Source of the DNA: an uncultured Chryseobacterium sp.
GTDB taxonomy: Bacteria; Bacteroidota; Bacteroidia; UBA10329
NCBI GenBank assembly: GCA_964488095.1
Contig: CAZATP010000014.1
Span: 6,553 to 70,552, forward strand
Direction of reading: 5' to 3'
DNA length: 64,000 nt
Shown: one piece after another, positions 50,925 through 59,920 of the stretch
How the letters are laid out: every line of letters begins with the position of its first letter
How positions within the stretch are numbered: the stretch's first letter is position 1
Made by a program: the position numbers and the translations under genes
Notes under the pieces: model-generated
What the model saw: only the letters and a program-made list of their open reading frames with translations
Databases searched by the model: none
Told to the model about the DNA's origin: nothing

Positions 50925-51140
50925 ATGGATATTCAAATTTCAGTGGATGACAGCAAGGCCAAGAAGTTCATTGCCTTTTTGAAGGAACTGGATTTTGTGG
51001 TGGTCCGGCCCTTATTCAAAGAAGCATCCCCTAAGGCAAGAAAGACCCCGAAATTCTCCTATTTTGGTTCCTGTCCGGATTGGGATGTGGACGCTCAGCA
51101 ACTCCGTCAGTCCGGTAATCGGGACAAGGCCCAATGGTGA
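50925..51140 (+). CDS. Small putative antitoxin (VapB-like) upstream of a PIN toxin
   Basis: 72-aa ORF starting at atg 50925. It overlaps the PIN gene start by 7 nt (ATGGTGA arrangement). Confidence 0.45.
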   Translation: MDIQISVDDSKAKKFIAFLKELDFVVVRPLFKEASPKARKTPKFSYFGSCPDWDVDAQQLRQSGNRDKAQW

Positions 51141-51505
51141 TTGCAGATACGGACATCTTCATCGCAGCACTGAGAAACCACTCCATTGCAAAGAGCCTTC
51201 TTGAAAAGTATGGCTCTGCGGTCAGTCTTTCCGCAGTGACCGCAATGGAACTCTATGTGGGTGCCAAGTCAGCTGAGAAGAAGCAATGGGTTGCCGCCAT
51301 TCTCGATGATCACGAGCTGATACCCTTAGACAGGGCCACAACCCTTACAGCCATCAAGCTTGTGAAACAGTACAATTCTCATTCGCGGTCACTGTTCATT
51401 GCCGATGCGTTGATTGCGGCAGCATGTTTGGAGCACTCGGCCTCACTCCTCACTTTCAATACTGGTGATTTTGATTTCATCAAGGGCCTAAGACTGGTGA
51501 AGTGA
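51134..51505 (+). CDS. PIN-domain toxin (VapC-like)
   Basis: 123 aa. Has the N-terminal acidic motif IADTDIFIAAL, a downstream LFIADALIAAA block and a C-terminal TFNTGDF, consistent with the PIN Asp tetrad. Confidence 0.65.
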   Translation: MVIADTDIFIAALRNHSIAKSLLEKYGSAVSLSAVTAMELYVGAKSAEKKQWVAAILDDHELIPLDRATTLTAIKLVKQYNSHSRSLFIADALIAAACLEHSASLLTFNTGDFDFIKGLRLVK

Positions 51506-51548
51506 GGTTTTTACACGAAAATCATCGTCCCACTATCCATTCACGTTC

Positions 51549-52196
51549 ATGGCCATCATCTCCCCCTCCATCCTTGCAGCAGACTTCGCCCGATTGGGTG
51601 AGGAACTCGAAATGATCAACCGCAGCGAGGCCGATTGGCTTCACGTGGACGTGATGGACGGAGTGTTCGTGCCCAATATCTCGTTCGGTTTCCCATTGAT
51701 GGAGGCGATGAAGAAGCATTGCACCAAGCCGTTGGACGTGCATCTGATGATTGTGGACCCCGACCGCTATCTGGCCGACTTCAAGAATGCAGGGGCCGAC
51801 TGGCTGACGGTGCACTATGAGGCGTGCCCGCATCTGCACCGCACAGTTCAGGCCATCCACGAACTGGGCATGAAGGCAGGTGTGGCGCTTAACCCGCACA
51901 CGCCTGTGAGCGTGCTGAAAGACATCATCCACGATCTGGACCTGGTGCTCATCATGAGCGTGAACCCCGGTTTCGGAGGGCAGAAGTTCATTCCCCGCGC
52001 CATGGACAAGGTCTATGCCCTGCGCCAGATGATAGACCGGGCCGATGCAAAGACCCTCATAGAAGTGGATGGCGGGGTGAACAGCACCAATGCCGTTGGA
52101 CTGCGCGACATGGGCGCACATGCCCTGGTGGCAGGCAGTTTCGTGTTCCGGTCAGAGGACCCGGCCGCTACCATCGCAGCGCTCCGCAAACTCTAA
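51549..52196 (+). CDS. rpe: Ribulose-phosphate 3-epimerase
   Basis: MAIISPSILAADFARLGEE, HVDVMDG, and a TIM-barrel RPE signature. Confidence 0.9.
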   Translation: MAIISPSILAADFARLGEELEMINRSEADWLHVDVMDGVFVPNISFGFPLMEAMKKHCTKPLDVHLMIVDPDRYLADFKNAGADWLTVHYEACPHLHRTVQAIHELGMKAGVALNPHTPVSVLKDIIHDLDLVLIMSVNPGFGGQKFIPRAMDKVYALRQMIDRADAKTLIEVDGGVNSTNAVGLRDMGAHALVAGSFVFRSEDPAATIAALRKL

Positions 52197-53398
52197 TTGC
52201 TGCCGTTCAGGTAGTCCTGCAAATACCCGAAGTAGCGCGTGAGCTCCCCGTCATTGCAGATAGTGGCACGCTCCAACACGCGCTCCGCATCGCCCTCCAA
52301 GAACAACGGGATGATGCGCTCCGCCAACTCTGCACCGAAACCCGTTGACGCATCGGCAGGAATCTCGCAGGGCAGGTTGTCCACTGCCATGATGGTGATG
52401 CTGTTCTCATCCCGCGGGTCTGTCTCCACACCCGTGAGCCGGTCGTAGCCATACACAGGCTGTTCGATGGAGGATGAGCGCAGCGTGGTGGGCACAGAAC
52501 CGTTGATATCGCACGTGATGTCGGCAATGACACGGACACGGAAATCATCCTTGCGCACATCCGCTGGCTCAAAGAAACGGCCCGACCTCCCATCCCAGAA
52601 ATGCGCGGAGATGAACACATCGGCCTTGGAAAGGAATTTCCGGAAGGTGCATTCATATCCCGCAGAATCGCGGATGAACGCCTCCACGCTCTCGGGCGGC
52701 CTACCGCCCCTCTCGTGGTAGTCCAGAATATCGGCATTGGCCCAGACGGGATGGTCGTAGGTCTTTGAAAGGAAATCTGCCACAGGAACCTCGGTGACAC
52801 CTGCGGCCGTGAGGGTCTCACGCACGCCCGTGGCCACCTTGCCTCCTCCCGAAACGATGATACGCTCCCGGTTGAGCTTCACTCTCCTCAACTCCTGATG
52901 CATCTCGGCCACGCCCGAACACTGATAGGCGGGTTTCAGAACGAAGCTCCCGCTGCGCAGACCCACGGCATTCAGCGCATTATAGGCGCCCACGATACCC
53001 GCATACTTCCCAAAACCCAGCAGGCGCCTGCCGAAACTGTCGGTGAGGCACTCGTAGTCGATGAGCCGGATGTTCTTACGGACGACCTCCTGCAGCAACC
53101 GCTGATTGTGGCGCTGCTTCTTGATGGTATGCGAGAAGAACATCATGGTGCTGCCCTCCACCAGCATGGCATAGGGCACTTCCTTCACCCCCAGGATCAG
53201 GTCGCAACCCGTCAGTTCATCCACCACGGATATGCCCGCCTCCAGATAGGCGGCATCGGAGAAACAGCGCACATCGCTGCTCTGCACCTCGATGGACAGC
53301 TGCGGAAAACGCCTCATCAGCGCAGCGCAATGCTGCGGGGCAAGGGGTGTGCGTTTGTCTGCCGGGGCCTTTCCCTCACGGATGATACCGATCTTCAT
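52193..53398 (-). CDS. Alanine dehydrogenase/PNT-domain oxidoreductase (saccharopine/lysine-ketoglutarate-reductase-like)
   Basis: N-terminal MKIGIIREGKAPADKRTPLAP (AlaDh_PNT_N) and a central NAD-binding GGGKVATG motif. Confidence 0.65.
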   Translation of the reverse strand: MKIGIIREGKAPADKRTPLAPQHCAALMRRFPQLSIEVQSSDVRCFSDAAYLEAGISVVDELTGCDLILGVKEVPYAMLVEGSTMMFFSHTIKKQRHNQRLLQEVVRKNIRLIDYECLTDSFGRRLLGFGKYAGIVGAYNALNAVGLRSGSFVLKPAYQCSGVAEMHQELRRVKLNRERIIVSGGGKVATGVRETLTAAGVTEVPVADFLSKTYDHPVWANADILDYHERGGRPPESVEAFIRDSAGYECTFRKFLSKADVFISAHFWDGRSGRFFEPADVRKDDFRVRVIADITCDINGSVPTTLRSSSIEQPVYGYDRLTGVETDPRDENSITIMAVDNLPCEIPADASTGFGAELAERIIPLFLEGDAERVLERATICNDGELTRYFGYLQDYLNGSN

Positions 53399-53434
53399 GC
53401 TCTGCGCCTGTCTCTGTTGCCAATGACCGCAAAA

Positions 53435-53567
53435 CTAAGCCCCAATCACCTCCCCATCCTCCATATACACCAGCAGCCCCTGCACCTTCGTGTGGCCGAG
53501 GGCGGTGAGGGCATCGCGGTAGGCCACTATCTGACCGTGGCGTTCGGGGCGTTTGCCGCCCGTCTTG
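53435..53567 (-). pseudogene. Displaced 3'-end fragment of the UvrD/PD-(D/E)XK helicase-nuclease gene (direct repeat copy A)
   Basis: The minus-strand frame reads ...CKTGGKRPERHGQIVAYRDALTALGHTKVQGLLVYMEDGEVIGA-stop. This is nearly identical to the C-terminus of the intact gene that ends at 54915. Confidence 0.7.
53447..53567. repeat. Direct repeat copy A (121 bp, about 92% identical to 54927-55047)
   Basis: The shared core is cacctccccatcctccatatacaccagcagccc(c/t)tgcaccttcgtgtggccgagggcggtgagggcatcgcggtaggcc, with the same arrangement of coding frame in both copies. Confidence 0.85.
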
Positions 53568-53656
53568 CAGGCAGGTGCTATCACCGTGTAGCCGCCCGCC
53601 ATCAAGACCTCGGCACAATTCGTATCCCATTTCCGTTTCGGCCTATCTTTGAAGGC

Positions 53657-53863
53657 ATGAAGCCCGCACAGACACTCATCAGCAAAATCGAGTCGCTGAC
53701 CCCTCTTGAGATGGAGCAGCTGGACCGCTATCTGGCCGAGATGATATCAGGCAGGAAACCGCGCAACGGCAAGAAGCTCAAGCAAGGCTGGGCAGGCAAA
53801 CTGGACGATGCCATGTCCGCCATCGAGCTTCAGAAGAAGGCTTTGGAATGGAGGGGCAGCTGA
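53657..53863 (+). CDS. Small putative antitoxin (68 aa) upstream of the PIN toxin in the islet
   Basis: atg at 53657. It shares a reading frame with a longer spurious ORF and overlaps the PIN gene start by 16 nt. Confidence 0.45.
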   Translation: MKPAQTLISKIESLTPLEMEQLDRYLAEMISGRKPRNGKKLKQGWAGKLDDAMSAIELQKKALEWRGS

Positions 53864-54264
53864 GGTATCTGGTTGATACCAACGTGTGGTTGGAGCGGAT
53901 GCTCGGACAGGACAATGCATCTGCCGCTGCGAAGTTCTTCGACACCGTTACCACCGACCGCATCGTTATCTCTGATTTTGCGCTGCATTCCATCGGGGTC
54001 ATCCTTCACAGGTTGAAGCGGCTCGACCTGCTGACCGAGTTCATTGAAGACCTTTTCATTCACGGAAGTGTTGAGCAGGTCGCAATCCGACCGGAAGACC
54101 TGAAGGCTGTTGCGCGGAATGTGCGTGAACAAGGACTGGATTTCGATGATGCCTATCAGATGACGGCCGCACACATCCATGGTCTGACCATCGTAACCTT
54201 CGACAGGGATTTCAAGGGCAAAGGCGTGAAGGCCCTTTCTCCGTTGGAGGCGATCGGCAAGTAA
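53848..54264 (+). CDS. PIN-domain toxin (VapC-like), islet cargo
   Basis: 138 aa with LVDTNVWLE N-terminal acidic motif, an internal IVISDFALH block and a C-terminal TFDRDF. Confidence 0.65.
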   Translation: MEGQLRYLVDTNVWLERMLGQDNASAAAKFFDTVTTDRIVISDFALHSIGVILHRLKRLDLLTEFIEDLFIHGSVEQVAIRPEDLKAVARNVREQGLDFDDAYQMTAAHIHGLTIVTFDRDFKGKGVKALSPLEAIGK

Positions 54265-54450
54265 TCCAATCCCTTCTTTTCGCACGCCCGGAACCACCAA
54301 CTCCAGAAAGAACCGGGCCTCATGCCGCGCATCCCCCCGTTCGGATAATGTATTTAGGTTTGGAAACCGTCTGCATTTATCCCCCTCATTCGGTGGGACA
54401 GGGATGACCGGAGAGGCAGAGAGTCACACCGATAAATGAGTTAATGGACA

Positions 54451-54840
54451 TTGCTTAATCTCTACCAACGAGCTATGAAAATCTTCCTCGGAATCATTGT
54501 AATCGTGTTTTTTTTCTCTTGTGGGAATCGCGTAGAAAAGGAGGAATTACCTGGAAGATATGTTTTTAGCCATTGGGGAAAGGATACTTTAGATCTGAGA
54601 TCCGATGGCACATATCATCACCACACATTTCAGGATAGCCAACTTTTAGAAAACAGGGGAACGTGGATATTGAATAACAACGGTACCGAAATAACTTTTG
54701 CGAACTTTTCATCCTTAACTGATGGCACGGGACCTGGGAACTGGATTTCAAGACTAAGGGTTCAAGGTGGAAAAGTTCACTTGATGTATGCCTCCGATAT
54801 CAATGCTTACTACATCAAAACTGAGCAGCGAATGGAATAG
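54451..54840 (+). CDS. AT-rich small lipoprotein of unknown function, islet cargo
   Basis: Lipobox FFFSCGN after a signal peptide. The gene GC, about 40%, is far below its flanks. Confidence 0.5.
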   Translation: MLNLYQRAMKIFLGIIVIVFFFSCGNRVEKEELPGRYVFSHWGKDTLDLRSDGTYHHHTFQDSQLLENRGTWILNNNGTEITFANFSSLTDGTGPGNWISRLRVQGGKVHLMYASDINAYYIKTEQRME

Positions 54841-54914
54841 CAAACCCAGACGCAAGGTTCCGCACCTGACGACTATTGGGTGACAGCCTGCGCTGAGCGG
54901 GACATAGCGGTTCC

Positions 54915-57900
54915 TCACCCCACCACCACCTCCCCATCCTCCATATACACCAGCAGCCCTTGCACCTTCGTGTGGCCGAGGGCGGTGAGGGCATCGCGGT
55001 AGGCCGCTATCTGGGTGCGGTGCTCGGGGCGTTTTCCGCCCGTCTTGTAGTCGAGCACGTAGGTCATGTCGGGCGTGGTCACCACACGGTCGGGGCGTAG
55101 CCACTGCCCGCCAGGCATCTGTATGTCGGCCTCGGTGCGGATGGTCACGGTGTCTGAGAAGAGCCGTCCCAGTTCGGGCCTGTCAATGATGCTTAGGATG
55201 CGCTGGCGCAGGCCGTCCGCTCCGCTTTCGGGTATCCTGCCGTCCTCCACCAGCCGCTGCACGGCAAGCGGCACATCGGCAGCGGTGCGCACGTGGGCCA
55301 GCGCATCATGTACAAGGATGCCGAAGTCGCGGGCCGCACTGTCGCCCCACTCGCGCAACGATGGACGGGCAATGGCGATGCGCGACATCCAATCGGGCCC
55401 GCCCGTTTCTCGAAGCTCAAGACGCTGTGTCTCCTCTTCCTTATGCGGGCCGGGGGCCTCCCGCTCGCCTATGGTAAGGCTGTTCTCCGCTATCACATGG
55501 CCCAGTTTGGGAAGGGTGCGGTAAAGGAAACCCGCAGCCGAATTGGTAGGCTTCTCCGCAGTCGCCTCATCGGCCTTCACCCGCCCGCTGATGTAGAGCC
55601 GCTCCTGCGGCCGTGTGAGGGCCACGTAGAGCATGTTGAACATGTCCATGGTGGTCAGTTCGCGCTCACGTTCGAGGGCGGGTTCGTGGTCGGTGTCCTC
55701 CAGTTCCTTCGTGGCCTTCACGTAGAGGCGGTTGAGGGGCTGCGCCTCCGGGTCGTTCACTTCCAGCCAGATACTGTTGCGCGAGGTGTCGAGGTCATAG
55801 TCGGCAAAGGGATGGATGACCACGGGAAACTCCAGCCCCTTGCTCTTATGCACGGTGAGGATGCGGATGGCATCGCGGTTCTCGGTGAGGGCGATGCTGC
55901 GCTTGCCGCGATGCTCGGCCCAGTGTTCGAGGAAACCGTTGAGGTCGTTGCCCTCCTTGCGGGCATATTCCAGCACCTCGTCCATGAAATAGACGAGATG
56001 CGGCTGCTTGATGTGCCCCAGCACATGGTGGCGCATGGCCTCGAACAGCGAGAACAGTGGCAGCTGACGCAAGCGCGAGAGGCGCAGTTCGGGATAGAGC
56101 TCCTTCAGAAGAACCTTGAGGCCCCTGTCCTTCTCCGCGCCCACCATGGCGAGGCGTGCGCTGACGAGGCGGGTCTCCTCGCGGGCCATGCAGAGGTGCT
56201 GCACCAGCTCGGCCTGGTTGGTGGTGTCGTGCGGGGCGATGATGAACACCGCCAGATTGACCAGCAGCCGCACATAGGGAGAACTGTTGATGAGCAGCGA
56301 CTCACTGCTCACCACGCTGTGGCCGCTCTCTATGAGGAACTGGGCGGTGGCGATGCCTTTCTCGTTGGAGCGACAGATGATGGCGATGTCGCCCGGGGCG
56401 TAGCCGTCCGCGATGCACTCCTCCACCCATTCCAGCACCTGCTCCAGTGTGTCGGGCACATAGTCGGGATAGCTGCGCTGCCCTTCGGGAACGGGCATGA
56501 AACGCATCGCCACCCTGCCGCCCGTCTTTCCATCGGGGGTGAGCTGCGCGACTCCGTCATACATCACGCGCAGCGTTTGGGGCATCTCGTCCTGCATGGC
56601 CGCGAAGAGTCGGTTGTTGAAGTCAACGATGGTGGGCCGAGTGCGGAAATTGTGGCGCAGGGCGTGTTCCTGCACATTGGTGACGAGGCTCCTTTCGCGC
56701 TGCGCGAGGGTGACATCGAGCTGCGGGTCGGCCTCCAGATGGCCGCGCATGTATGCGGTGCGATGCACGGTGGGCAGCTCCACGAACTGCTGCACCTCGC
56801 CCCCGCGCCAGCGGTAGATGCTCTGCTTGGCATCGCCCACCACGAGGCAGAGGCCGTCCGTGGCGAGGCTCTCATCAATGAGCGGCAGCATGTTGAACCA
56901 TTGCAGCACGTTGGTGTCCTGAAACTCATCCACCAGAAAATGATGGTAGCGATGGCCCAGCCGCTCGTAGATGAACGGGGCCTGCTCCTTCATCACCACG
57001 CTGCTCACGAGGTGGTTGAACTCCCCGATGTGGAGCACCTCCTGCTCCTGCTGCAGGTCGCGGACGATCTCGGCCATGCGGTCGAGCAGGGCGATGCCAT
57101 AGATGTTCTTTACGATAAGTCCCAGCCGCTTCATTCGTTCGATGCGGGAGAGGATGCTGCCATAGGCGTCCATCATGGCGGGAACAAGGGCATCTATCAC
57201 AGATTTCTCTTGGGCCTTGGCCTTGGAACCGTGCCATTTATCAGCTTCCAGATTCTTGAGCACCGTGGCGTTGGGCATCTCCAGCCTTCCATTCACAACC
57301 TTGACAAAATAGCCCGCCATACCATCCTTTCCTCCTGCAAAATGGCCCACTTCCAGCCCTGCGGCCGCTATCTGTCGCAGGATGTCGTTGGCGGTGGCCT
57401 GCGCCTGTGCCTCATCGGCCTTCACCAGCCCGACCAGTTTCCTGCGGATGGCGATGAGGTCGCTCATGCCCACGTCCTTCATGCCCGCGAGGTGGAAACG
57501 GCCCTCCTCGTTGAAGATGGTGGCGGCCATGTCGGTCAGCACCTGGTCTATGCTCCAGCTCTTCTCGTCCTCGGCCTGCGCCAGCGAGAGGTCTATAAGG
57601 GCATCGGTGACGCCCTTGTCCACGCCCACCTGCCCGAGGAGGCGGTCGGTCATGGCGGTGATGAGGCGGTCGGTGTCCAGCTCCACCTCGAAGTTCACGG
57701 GCAGGCCGAAATCCTGCGCGAAGGTGCGGATGACGCGGTGCGTGAAGCTGTCGATGGTGCTGATGCCGATGTCGGCATAGTTGTGCAACATGCTGCGCAG
57801 CACGCGCTCGGACTTCTTCCTGAGGTCGTCTGTGCCGATGCCCAATTCCTCGCGCAGCAGGTTGGCCATGGGGCCATCGGGGATGGCGGGGTCGGCCAGT

Positions 57901-58082
57901 TCGCGGAGGGTGTTGAGCACGCGGGCCTTCATCTCCTCTGCCGCCTTGTTGGTGAAAGTGATGGCAAGGATGCCGCGATAGGCGGTGTCGCCCGTGCTGC
58001 CGAGGGCGATGCGCAGGTATTCCTTCACCAGTGTGAAGGTCTTGCCCGACCCAGCGGACGAACGGTAGATCTTGAAGGACAT
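54915..58082 (-). CDS. UvrD/AddA-like ATP-dependent helicase fused to a C-terminal PD-(D/E)XK (RecB-like) nuclease
   Basis: Walker A AGSGKTFTLV at the N-terminus. UvrD helicase blocks (VDEFQDTN, a Q-motif-like SIYRWRGG, VHKSKGLEF). The C-terminus carries the D...(DMTYVLDYKTG) nuclease motif. The start is atg at 58082 (MSFKIYRSS). Confidence 0.85.
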   Translation of the reverse strand: MSFKIYRSSAGSGKTFTLVKEYLRIALGSTGDTAYRGILAITFTNKAAEEMKARVLNTLRELADPAIPDGPMANLLREELGIGTDDLRKKSERVLRSMLHNYADIGISTIDSFTHRVIRTFAQDFGLPVNFEVELDTDRLITAMTDRLLGQVGVDKGVTDALIDLSLAQAEDEKSWSIDQVLTDMAATIFNEEGRFHLAGMKDVGMSDLIAIRRKLVGLVKADEAQAQATANDILRQIAAAGLEVGHFAGGKDGMAGYFVKVVNGRLEMPNATVLKNLEADKWHGSKAKAQEKSVIDALVPAMMDAYGSILSRIERMKRLGLIVKNIYGIALLDRMAEIVRDLQQEQEVLHIGEFNHLVSSVVMKEQAPFIYERLGHRYHHFLVDEFQDTNVLQWFNMLPLIDESLATDGLCLVVGDAKQSIYRWRGGEVQQFVELPTVHRTAYMRGHLEADPQLDVTLAQRERSLVTNVQEHALRHNFRTRPTIVDFNNRLFAAMQDEMPQTLRVMYDGVAQLTPDGKTGGRVAMRFMPVPEGQRSYPDYVPDTLEQVLEWVEECIADGYAPGDIAIICRSNEKGIATAQFLIESGHSVVSSESLLINSSPYVRLLVNLAVFIIAPHDTTNQAELVQHLCMAREETRLVSARLAMVGAEKDRGLKVLLKELYPELRLSRLRQLPLFSLFEAMRHHVLGHIKQPHLVYFMDEVLEYARKEGNDLNGFLEHWAEHRGKRSIALTENRDAIRILTVHKSKGLEFPVVIHPFADYDLDTSRNSIWLEVNDPEAQPLNRLYVKATKELEDTDHEPALERERELTTMDMFNMLYVALTRPQERLYISGRVKADEATAEKPTNSAAGFLYRTLPKLGHVIAENSLTIGEREAPGPHKEEETQRLELRETGGPDWMSRIAIARPSLREWGDSAARDFGILVHDALAHVRTAADVPLAVQRLVEDGRIPESGADGLRQRILSIIDRPELGRLFSDTVTIRTEADIQMPGGQWLRPDRVVTTPDMTYVLDYKTGGKRPEHRTQIAAYRDALTALGHTKVQGLLVYMEDGEVVVG
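54927..55047. repeat. Direct repeat copy B (inside the intact 3' end of the helicase-nuclease gene)
   Basis: See copy A. Differences cluster in a ctgaccgtggcgttc / ctgggtgcggtgctc patch. Confidence 0.85.
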
Positions 58083-58140
58083 GGGGGAAAGGTAGAATGG
58101 GGAAGGGGAAATAGGAAAATGGAAAATAGGGAAATGGTGC
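58083..58140. repeat. Purine-only degenerate GGAAA / AATGG repeat tract in the helicase leader
   Basis: atgggggaaaggtagaatggggaaggggaaataggaaaatggaaaatagggaaatgg. On the helicase sense strand this is a C/T-rich polypyrimidine 5' leader. Confidence 0.5.
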
Positions 58141-58195
58141 CGTGACAGCACGACCTGTCTCCAACCTTAGACCTTCACACAGAACCCTCTGCTCC

Positions 58196-59908
58196 CTACC
58201 GAATGAGACTGACCCTCCGCACGGCAGTGCCTGCCACTGTTTCGAAGCGCACCATGTAGAGCCCGCTGGGCAGGGAGCTGATGTCCATGCGCAGGCGGCC
58301 ATCGGTGGTCTGCTGGCTGTGGAGCAGGCGGCCGGTCATGTCGATGAGGGTCACATTGGCAGGCATGCCAAGGGTTCCCTGAACATCGAACACGCCCGCG
58401 GTGGGATTGGGGAAGACCTTCATTTCCTGCGGGGCAGCGGCCTCTTCCATCCCAACGGGCACGGTGAAGGTCACATCAGTGCACCACTGGTTGTCATCGG
58501 AGAAGATGTCCAAATGGTCGTTGGGACTGATGGCCACGAGGCAGATGGTCTCCGAATGAACACTGTTCTCTGTCATTGGCCCATTGATGAGATAAAGTCC
58601 GTTGAACGGTATCGTTGCAGTGTCACCGGGTGACAGGTTCAGACCGTCTGCAATGATAGTCTGGCCTGGTGTGCCACAGAAGGCCATGCCGTGCTGAGCG
58701 AAGTATGAAAGCAGCACTCTATCGAGGGTGTTTCCTGAATGGTTGACCACTTTCACCGTTGCGTGGGCGCGAAAAGTGTAGATAGCACCGAAGGCAGGGG
58801 AGTAATACTGGCTCGATGATATCGAATCCACTGTGCCGAGCAGTTCCACATCGTCCTCATGGGCCACGGTGGTGCCATCCATCCGGTAGCTTTTCATCCT
58901 ACCCCCGAAACGGCCATGATGCCCTACGGAGCTGGCGGTCATCACAAGGCCGTCCCGGTAGGCCATAGAACCTGCTCCCGTGAAGAGCACTTGTTGCAGA
59001 TCCGTCTCACCGATGGCAAGAAGCGCACCTCCTGCTGAGAGCCAGACCTCCTCATTGGCATCGACAAAACCGTATGGAGCGACCGAGGTGGGGATGCTGA
59101 TCCAATCCTCCAACTCCAACTGATCGGAAAGCACTGCGATCATGGTGGTGGTCAGTGCCAGCACCCGGTCGCCATCCTTTCGGATATCGATGATGTACTC
59201 CGCATTGTCCAAGCTCACTGATGCCAGCACTGTGCCGTCCATGTGGGTTCGGAAAACCGCGCTACCGGCACCCACGAGCAAGGTGGTGTCGTTCTCCCAT
59301 CGCATGCAATGGACAGGCTGGGCCGGGGCCAGCCAACGGTGCAGCACCTCACCGTCATCGTTCAGGATGATGATGCTGTCCTCGGATGCGATCGCATGGT
59401 TGACGCTCGCACCATCTGCAAGACGGTCGAAAATACCCGCATGACTTCCTGGGATATGATTGAAATCTGAGAAGGTGAACCCCCATTGCCACATTGGCTC
59501 ACCAGCATGGTCAAGCCGAATCACTGCCCCCTGCCCCGACACTACATCACATTCGTCATACACTCCTACAATGAGCACGCCCTCATCATGCAGAACCGAA
59601 ACCTGCTTGGCCTTATTGAGTGAAGTGTTGCCCCAGTAGGTGTTCGGCATCAGAATATGCCCGAATCTCCAAAGGGGTGTTCCGTTAGCAGAGCATTTGG
59701 CCAAAAAGTATGTGTCCGTTGGCTGACCACCGGAGACATTCCCCCTACCTGCAAAAAGCCACGCATCCTCACCAATGACAAAGACCTCATCATATTGGAC
59801 GATGTCCGTGTGCTGGTCCACACGGTCGATCGGGGTCTGCCCGAAACTGACGGTCGGTAGCAGGAGTGCCCAAAGCATCAATCTCAATAGGTCCCGTTCC
59901 ATCGTCAT
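58196..59908 (-). CDS. T9SS substrate of unknown function (570 aa) with type-A CTD
   Basis: Signal peptide and a C-terminal VFPNPTAGVFDVQ...MTGRLLHSQQTTDGRLRMDISSLPSGLYMVRF...RRVSLIR. Confidence 0.65.
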   Translation of the reverse strand: MTMERDLLRLMLWALLLPTVSFGQTPIDRVDQHTDIVQYDEVFVIGEDAWLFAGRGNVSGGQPTDTYFLAKCSANGTPLWRFGHILMPNTYWGNTSLNKAKQVSVLHDEGVLIVGVYDECDVVSGQGAVIRLDHAGEPMWQWGFTFSDFNHIPGSHAGIFDRLADGASVNHAIASEDSIIILNDDGEVLHRWLAPAQPVHCMRWENDTTLLVGAGSAVFRTHMDGTVLASVSLDNAEYIIDIRKDGDRVLALTTTMIAVLSDQLELEDWISIPTSVAPYGFVDANEEVWLSAGGALLAIGETDLQQVLFTGAGSMAYRDGLVMTASSVGHHGRFGGRMKSYRMDGTTVAHEDDVELLGTVDSISSSQYYSPAFGAIYTFRAHATVKVVNHSGNTLDRVLLSYFAQHGMAFCGTPGQTIIADGLNLSPGDTATIPFNGLYLINGPMTENSVHSETICLVAISPNDHLDIFSDDNQWCTDVTFTVPVGMEEAAAPQEMKVFPNPTAGVFDVQGTLGMPANVTLIDMTGRLLHSQQTTDGRLRMDISSLPSGLYMVRFETVAGTAVRRVSLIR

Positions 59909-59920
59909 TAGTTCAATAGG

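Larger units (their letters stand above)
53435..55047. mobile_element. Roughly 1.5 kb genomic islet inserted in the 3' end of the helicase-nuclease gene. No integrase is present
   Basis: Bounded by the 121-bp direct repeats. Cargo is a VapB-like/PIN pair plus a lipoprotein gene of about 40% GC, against a background of about 58%. Confidence 0.6.

Noticed and set aside
52898-53863. 321-aa plus-strand ORF spanning the AlaDH/PNT gene antisense and running into the islet antitoxin
   Set aside because: Most of its length is antisense to a gene with clear Rossmann motifs. Only the last 68 codons (from atg 53657) are plausible as the small antitoxin ORF.
55293-58145. 950-aa ORF on the plus strand, antisense to the helicase-nuclease gene
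   Set aside because: The minus-strand frame has unmistakable UvrD motifs (Walker A AGSGKTFTLV, VDEFQDTN, VHKSKGLEF) and a PD-(D/E)XK tail. The antisense ORF is low-complexity Gly/Ala/His/Val-rich, typical of a stop-codon-poor shadow frame in high-GC DNA.
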